Shown here piece by piece: positions 60,912 to 64,000 of a stretch of DNA of 64,000 nt. The stretch spans positions 7,702 through 71,701 of the forward strand of contig CAJBBX010000118.1 in NCBI GenBank assembly GCA_903951425.1, read 5' to 3'. The translations under genes and the position numbers were made by a program. The stretch comes from an uncultured Chthonomonas sp. (GTDB taxonomy: Bacteria > Armatimonadota > Chthonomonadetes > Chthonomonadales > CAJBBX01). Within the stretch, counting starts at the first letter, position 1. The number at the start of each line of letters is the position of its first letter. The notes beneath the pieces were generated by a model. The model did no database searches, had not been told where the DNA came from, and was given only the letters and a program-made list of their open reading frames with translations.

Positions 60912-63900
60912 ATGATCCTCGCCCTCCTTGCCTGCTTCGCACTGGTCGGCTCTCCGTCGCAATGGAAGCACCCCCTGTACCTCGGTGGCGGCGGCGTCTG
61001 GCGCCTGCGGGTCGCCGTTACGGTGCGCAACGCCGGCGCACACGCGGCATCGGGCGCGCCGGTGTCCATTCGCGTGGGGGATGGCCCCGGCGAACTGCAT
61101 GTGATCGGGCAGGCGGCGGCGGCGCTTCGCGTGACTGACGCCGCCGGGGTCGAGATGCTGCATGATGTCGTGGGTCCCACCGGCGCCCCGGCTCGGACGG
61201 GCGCACTACGGTTGGGCTCCACCCTGGTGATCCCCGCAGAGTGCGCCGCAGGATCCCACGCCACCTACTACGTCTACTGCGCCAATCCGTCGGCCTGGGC
61301 CGTGCCGGACTGGCTCGAGAGCGGCGGCGCGCTTCGCAACGGCGGCGTAGAGGAGGGCGAAGGCGACACGCCCGCAGGCTGGGCTCACGATGCGACCGAC
61401 CCTGGCCACCGCGCCGATTGGTCCGCCGAGGATCCACACACGGGTCGCCGATGCCTGAAGACCGTCGTTCGCGAGGGCGCCGAGCCCTCCTGGATCGCCA
61501 CGCGCCAGAGCGCCATTCGCATCGAGGGCGGCTCACGATACCGGATGAGCGCCTGGGTCCGGGCCGAGGGCGTCCGGGGCCTCTGCGGTTGGTACATCCA
61601 CATGGGCACGACGGCGAACCCCATGATTGAATCGCCCATGCTCAGCGCGGGCGAGGGCTCCTTCGGCTGGCGGCAGGTGCAGGCCGAGTTCACCGCCCCG
61701 GCCGAGGCCGACCGGGCCGACCTCGGCACGGTCCTTCGGGGCACCGGCACGGCGTGGTTCGACGACCTGGAGCTTGAGCGGCTGGACGCAGGCGCGCCCG
61801 TCCTTTCCACAGAAGCGGGCGAGCCGGAGAAGCTGGGCGTGACCCCTGCATTCCCCCGGACGCCCTGGCCGTCGGCGCCAAGTCCCGAGGCGTCCGCCCG
61901 CCTGCGCACTCCAATCCGTCTGCTCAACACATCCGACCGGCCCACCGAGGGCATCGTCTGCGTAGAGGCTCCCGCCGTCCTATCGCGGTTGCAGGCGCCC
62001 GGCGCCCTGCTTCGGGTCGTTGCCGACGGCAAGCCGACGCCCCACTACCGCCTCCGCGACGTGCTTCTGCTCAAGGCGGCGGCGCCGGCCCGCACGGAAC
62101 GGGTGTTCCACGCCTACGTCATGCCGGCCGCGTCGCCCGTGCGGGGCGCAGCACGCGCCGCGGTCCAGTACGCCCTGAACCCGGCCGTGCCCGGCGGTGC
62201 GAACGTAGCCGCGGGCGGCATGTCGGTGAAGGAGTACGCAGCGCTGCTGTCCGCCGTGCCGTCGCTCGTGCAGAACGCCGGGTTCGAGGAGGGCGCGGGC
62301 CCACCGGCCGACTGGCAGGGCGGTTCCGAAGGCGAGAAGCCGGCCGGGACGGAGATGACGACCGTCGACGGCGGCCTCTTCGGCAAGCGGTGCGCACGCA
62401 TCGCAGTACCGGCCAATGCCACGCCTAGCTGGACCGGTTGGCGGCAGGATGTGCCCGTTCGTCCGGGCCGCACCTACCTGTACGCCGCGTGGCTCCGGTG
62501 CAAGGAGCTCTCCGGCGGGGTACAGCTCCACGCGCACATGCGGACCGCCTCGGGCGAGCTCTGCAAGCAGAGCCCCATGGTGGGAGCGGGGCCGCCCATC
62601 TCCGGCGACCAGGGCTGGACGCTCATCACCGGCCTCTTCCGCACCCCGGACGACTGCGCCATCTTCCAGGTCCACCTGACCATGATGGCCACCGGCACGG
62701 TGTGGCATGACGGCGTGCTCCTCACCGAAGTGCATTCCGCCGAGGCGCTTCCTTCAGAAAGCCACCCGGGGGTCGAACGCGGCATCGCGGCTTGGGCAGT
62801 CAACCCCATCGTGAAGGTCTTCCGCGAGGACACGCCTCCCGGCGCGCCCGCCCTTGCGGCGGTCACCGCGGCCGGCGGCGAGCGGGAGCCCGTGCAGGTG
62901 GCGCTACGCTCCGGCCGGGCCATGGGCGGCGTGCGCGTCGTCGTCGATGCTCCCGTGGGCCCCGGCGGCCGGAAGCTGAGCCGGTACGAAGTGGGCATCG
63001 TGGGCTACGTGCCCATCGACCAGGCGACAAACTACTACAGCGACCGCGGGCCGGCCTACACACGCAAGGTCCCGAACGCACCCGCGGGCTCAGACGGCTG
63101 GCCAGGCTGGTGGCCTGATCCCATCCTGCCCGGCGACCGGTTCGACCTCGCCGCCGGCCGCACACAGCCGGTATGGGTCACGTTCAGCATCCCGCGCGGT
63201 TGTCCGGCGGGGCTCTACAAGGGCGCCGTCCGGTTCCTGGCACAGGGCAAGGAGATCGCTCGAATGCCCGTCGCCGTCCGGGTCTGGGGCTTCGAACTGC
63301 CCGAGCGGCCCAGCCTGAAGGCGATCTACGACTGCCGGCAGTCCGGCCCCATGTGGCGGCTCCCAGGCAAGAGCGAGCAGGAGAGCCGCCAGGCCTTCTG
63401 GCGCTTCATGGCCGAGCGGCGCACCTGCCCCGACGGAGTAAAGCCGGAGCCCGAGTTCCGCATGACCGACGGCGTCGTCACCGCCGATTTCGCTGAGTAT
63501 GACAAGGCCGCCCGGGTCTACTTCGACGAGCTGCATTTGCCACACTCCTACACGCCCTGGTTCTTCTACTCGTTCGGCTGGGGCCACCTGCCCGCCGAGA
63601 AGCTGGGTATCCAGCCCTACGCGGGCGTCTACCCCTTCGACGGCGCCGACCGCCGGAAGCTGAACCCCGCCTACAAGAGGGCCTACCAGGACGCCCTGCG
63701 CCTCTTCTGGAGCCACGTCAAGGAGAGGGGCTGGGCCGACAAGATCACGCTCTACATCTCCGATGAGCCGTTCGACACCGACCCGAAGATCCGCGACCAG
63801 ATGCTGGCCGTCTGCGAGATGATCCGCGAAGTCGACCCGGCGATCCCGATCTACAGCAGCACCTGGCACCACCAGCCCGCCTGGGACGGCGCCCTGAGCG

Positions 63901-64000
63901 TCTGGGGCATCGGCCACTACGGCGTCGTTCCGGAGGCCGCCATGCGGCGCATCCAGTCCGGCGGCGCGACGATCTGGTGGACCACCGACGGCCAGATGTG
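60912..64000 (+). CDS. Large secreted protein with two CBM4/9-like carbohydrate-binding modules and a DUF4091/GH123-like C-terminal region; 3' end outside window
   Basis: Not in the ORF track, because it has no stop in the window. I translated it by hand from ATG 60912 (MILALLACFALVGSPSQW...). The frame stays open to nt 64000, and no other plus-strand track ORF shares this frame. CBM-like blocks: NGGVEEGEGDTPAGWAHD...GTAWFDDLELE and QNAGFEEGAGPPADWQG...GTVWHDGVLLTEV. DUF4091-like block: KITLYISDEPFDTDP...IPIYSSTWHH. Confidence 0.7.
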   Translation, partial: MILALLACFALVGSPSQWKHPLYLGGGGVWRLRVAVTVRNAGAHAASGAPVSIRVGDGPGELHVIGQAAAALRVTDAAGVEMLHDVVGPTGAPARTGALRLGSTLVIPAECAAGSHATYYVYCANPSAWAVPDWLESGGALRNGGVEEGEGDTPAGWAHDATDPGHRADWSAEDPHTGRRCLKTVVREGAEPSWIATRQSAIRIEGGSRYRMSAWVRAEGVRGLCGWYIHMGTTANPMIESPMLSAGEGSFGWRQVQAEFTAPAEADRADLGTVLRGTGTAWFDDLELERLDAGAPVLSTEAGEPEKLGVTPAFPRTPWPSAPSPEASARLRTPIRLLNTSDRPTEGIVCVEAPAVLSRLQAPGALLRVVADGKPTPHYRLRDVLLLKAAAPARTERVFHAYVMPAASPVRGAARAAVQYALNPAVPGGANVAAGGMSVKEYAALLSAVPSLVQNAGFEEGAGPPADWQGGSEGEKPAGTEMTTVDGGLFGKRCARIAVPANATPSWTGWRQDVPVRPGRTYLYAAWLRCKELSGGVQLHAHMRTASGELCKQSPMVGAGPPISGDQGWTLITGLFRTPDDCAIFQVHLTMMATGTVWHDGVLLTEVHSAEALPSESHPGVERGIAAWAVNPIVKVFREDTPPGAPALAAVTAAGGEREPVQVALRSGRAMGGVRVVVDAPVGPGGRKLSRYEVGIVGYVPIDQATNYYSDRGPAYTRKVPNAPAGSDGWPGWWPDPILPGDRFDLAAGRTQPVWVTFSIPRGCPAGLYKGAVRFLAQGKEIARMPVAVRVWGFELPERPSLKAIYDCRQSGPMWRLPGKSEQESRQAFWRFMAERRTCPDGVKPEPEFRMTDGVVTADFAEYDKAARVYFDELHLPHSYTPWFFYSFGWGHLPAEKLGIQPYAGVYPFDGADRRKLNPAYKRAYQDALRLFWSHVKERGWADKITLYISDEPFDTDPKIRDQMLAVCEMIREVDPAIPIYSSTWHHQPAWDGALSVWGIGHYGVVPEAAMRRIQSGGATIWWTTDGQM

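Overview
High-GC (about 70% by eye) bacterial chromosomal segment, gene-dense. I support about 35 protein-coding genes and found no rRNA, tRNA or CRISPR array. Gene content suggests a PVC-superphylum or Armatimonadota-like organism, but this is a guess. The supporting content is TAT-exported Gfo/Idh/MocA oxidoreductases, ThuA, HEAT-repeat proteins, propeller proteins with planctomycete-type CxxCH modules, and an SLH protein. Layout: (1) 1-27.1 kb is a carbohydrate-active-enzyme island. It holds ThuA/TIM-barrel, Gfo/Idh/MocA, HEAT, a CBM-glycosidase, a GH29-like protein, and a long minus-strand operon (GH32, clan-A-like GH, GH78 rhamnosidase, unassigned GH, legumain-like peptidase). It also holds an orphan sugar-binding lipoprotein, a Zn-ADH and a GH5. 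(2) 27.16-32.19 kb is a ~5 kb, visibly lower-GC insert bounded by a perfect 30-bp direct repeat that duplicates the 3' end of the neighbouring gene. It carries a giant RCC1-propeller / Ig-repeat / choice-of-anchor-C-like surface protein interrupted by one in-frame TAG, plus a compact three-ORF cassette of unknown function. No recombinase is visible. This is the most interesting signal I found. (3) 32.2-44.7 kb has two paralogous giant beta-propeller proteins with C-terminal double CxxCH motifs. They flank an arylamine-N-acetyltransferase-like gene and a hybrid histidine kinase. (4) 44.7-64 kb is mostly housekeeping and envelope genes. In order: murA, mreB, an SLH protein, a polytopic membrane protein, the di-iron repair protein RIC, an acyl-CoA synthetase, smc, a GT4 glycosyltransferase and another TAT Gfo/Idh/MocA. 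It ends with a small zinc-ribbon membrane protein, a CxxC protein, and a large CBM/DUF4091-like gene that runs off the window and is absent from the ORF track. Many long antisense shadow ORFs, typical of high-GC DNA, were rejected. All family assignments come from motif recognition by eye and need HMM/BLAST confirmation.
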